From: Eledone cirrhosa
Lineage: Eukaryota
Length of the DNA: 64,000 nucleotides
Assembly (NCBI GenBank): GCA_964016885.1
Contig: OZ024742.1
Coordinates: forward strand, 360,592,001-360,656,000
Reading direction: 5' to 3'
The number at the start of each line of letters is the position of its first letter. Within the stretch, counting starts at the first letter, position 1. Below the pieces are notes generated by a model. That model did no database searches, was not told the DNA's origin, and worked only from the letters and a program-made list of their open reading frames with translations. The position numbers were made by a program, and so were the translations under genes. Shown here piece by piece: positions 62,318-64,000 of this stretch.

Positions 62318-62692
62318 CAATACACACACAAGGACAATAAATAACACGCATATACATACATGTGCACATATATACATCTATAAAATATATGTGTATTAGA
62401 CAAAAATCTTTGAGAAACAATCATAGCACGTAGTATCTACGTTAAGTTGTTGTCTGACTTTGCACACGTGTACACATACATAGAGTTTGCTTTTATTACA
62501 CACGTGTACACATGTATACTTACTGACACACATATAACTTACACACATATAACTTGCCAGGCTTATCAAATTACATATACAGCTCCATTCATATTCTTCT
62601 AAACGAGACGTATTTTATACAATATACAAGGTTCCCCCTCCTATACGTTTACATTCCTACACTTACTATATACTGACATAGACACACACACA
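62318..62692. repeat. Degenerate (AC)n/(AT)n low-complexity region with short direct repeats
   Basis: Multiple ACACAC and ATATAC runs. CACACGTGTACACAT occurs at 62463 and 62499; ACACACATATAACTT is tandem at 62526 and 62541. Confidence 0.75.
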
Positions 62693-62754
62693 TCTAAATA
62701 ATTCGCTGCTTAATCAAAATAAACACACACATGGAAATAGGGGCATACAGGAAA

Positions 62755-62797
62755 ATATATAGATATAGATATATAGAGAGAGAGATAGATAGATACA
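62755..62797. repeat. Compound (AT)/(AG)/(AGAT) microsatellite
   Basis: ATATATAGATATAGATATATAGAGAGAGAGATAGATAGATAC read directly. Confidence 0.85.
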
Positions 62798-63355
62798 TTA
62801 ATAAATTTATTCTCGCGTGTATTTCATTTTGATACGAATAAAACCACCAAGCCAGCCTCTTTCTCTCTCTCCTTCCTTCCTTCACATAGTCAAAGAGCAA
62901 CAAGGAGACAGAGTGGGCGAAAGTGTGTTCTCTAAACTTGTTCGGCTTCTGCCCTGAAATATGTGAGGGGCAAATACCATATAGGTTCTGTGGCTTAGCC
63001 CAGGGCATATCACACCTTTAAATGAGGAGAGACGAACCCACGAACACTACTCACTCAGTCTACAGTGGAAGTCCATCCACATAAGTCATCGTAGCATCTC
63101 ATACCAACTTTGTAACACTTTACACACACATGATCCCATTACACACACATATATCTCAAGTACTACTACATAAGTGTTGACAACGTAAACATCAAGCATT
63201 TGGCTCCGTTTAACAAAGCCAAACGAAAAAGTGTTGTGCTGTTTTTTGGCTCAGCCTTTTCAGGCAGGGATCGATCGCGTTAATTATTACTGTTATTTTA
63301 TTTTAATATTATTTCGTGTTGTTGCTGGTACCAAAGGAAATATTGTTCACTTCAG

Positions 63356-63430
63356 GTCAATTATCGGAACTATATTTACCTTGGATATTTTAACTGTCTC
63401 GCTAAAGGATTCAACTCGCTACACTTCTAG
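63356..63430 (+). other. Candidate 75-bp spliceosomal exon, product unknown
   Basis: Acceptor-like TATTGTTCACTTCAG|G (AG at 63354-63355) and a consensus donor AG|GTGAGT (GT at 63431). The length is a multiple of 3 and one frame is open (SIIGTIFTLDILTVSLKDSTRYTS). No homology recognised. Confidence 0.3.
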
Positions 63431-64000
63431 GTGAGTAAACCATTAGTTCTATAACTTTACCAAAGAATCTTGCTACAAATCTATATATTTCTATCTCTTC
63501 AGCTGTCAATTTTCTCCTAGCTATCATTCCGTGTATTTTTTGTTTAAAAGTATCCAGGAGGATTCTCCTGTTTATTAGCTCCAGTTACATTAGTGAATGT
63601 GGTTCTAAAGAAAACTTGGTAAATTTTTACTATAACATCCATCTCAAAGAAGGTTGTTATAGAGTTCTCTGGTGGAGGGAGTAATTTACGACACTTTTTG
63701 AAGACCACATCTAAAAATCATAAGAAAAACATACATTTCACTTTCAAAATTCTACTCAAACCTGTCAACACTACCCTTAATTTTTTTTAATGTTTACTAT
63801 TACGCTTGTCTCGGAAACGAGTGTAATAAAGCATTTACCGAAAACTAATCTTAGACTTTTCAAAGGTTAACTGAAGGTTTTAAAATATAATTTATTTACA
63901 GTCATATTAGCAGGCTGTCTTTGGAAGCAATTTACACTACATACACTAACAATTAACATAACAAATGATGTGTATTAAAACTAACAAGAGGAAAAATAAT

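Noticed and set aside
62463-62513. Two CACGTG E-boxes in a 15-bp direct repeat
   Set aside because: They are embedded in AC/GT microsatellite-derived sequence, where this word arises readily. There is no promoter evidence.
61165-63434. Short ORFs 61165..61404, 61426..61632, 62694..63008, 63231..63434
   Set aside because: They are short, have no recognisable motifs, and several run through microsatellite or poly-A sequence. This is the length expected by chance.
63199-63662. Small hairpins TTTGGCT/AGCCAAA (63199-63223), CAGGAG/CTCCTG (63555-63570), CTATAACA/TGTTATAG (63630-63662)
   Set aside because: Stems of 6-8 bp are expected by chance in AT-rich DNA, and there is no terminator, tRNA or TIR context.
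63544-63716. Minus-strand ~57-codon open stretch (FLDVVFKKCRKLLPPPENSITTFFEMD...) after a T-rich AG
   Set aside because: No recognisable homology and no convincing donor site; it cannot be supported without a search.

Overview
Eukaryotic-looking, essentially non-coding window. Bases 1-60052 are one uninterrupted, single-orientation tandem satellite array of a 28-bp monomer, consensus AAGAAGAGATAGTTCTAGAGAGAGGGGG (about 2,100 copies by length/28). The + strand is 23/28 purine and most monomers carry an XbaI site. The array is built from irregular higher-order blocks (about 1-3.8 kb marker spacing), with recent segmental duplications at offsets of 1120, ~2216, 2699, ~6944, 3135 and 1078 bp and a left-to-right turnover of diagnostic variant monomers. 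It ends abruptly in a homogeneous 55-bp dimer. It is followed by a ~0.9-kb compound (ACT)n repeat (60272-61164) and ~2.8 kb of AT-rich unique sequence with AC/AT microsatellites and a few consensus-like splice signals. No listed ORF is supportable as a real gene, and I see no rRNA, tRNA, CRISPR array or recognisable transposon. The most interesting hypothesis is inference only: each consensus monomer carries a correctly phased degenerate heat-shock element (aGATa-gTTCt-aGAGa) overlapping a GATA site and abutting a GAGA element, so the array could act as a very large HSF/GAGA-factor platform. The organism cannot be determined; the repeat landscape is reminiscent of invertebrate animal genomes such as decapods or molluscs (inference). 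All coordinates and counts were read by eye.
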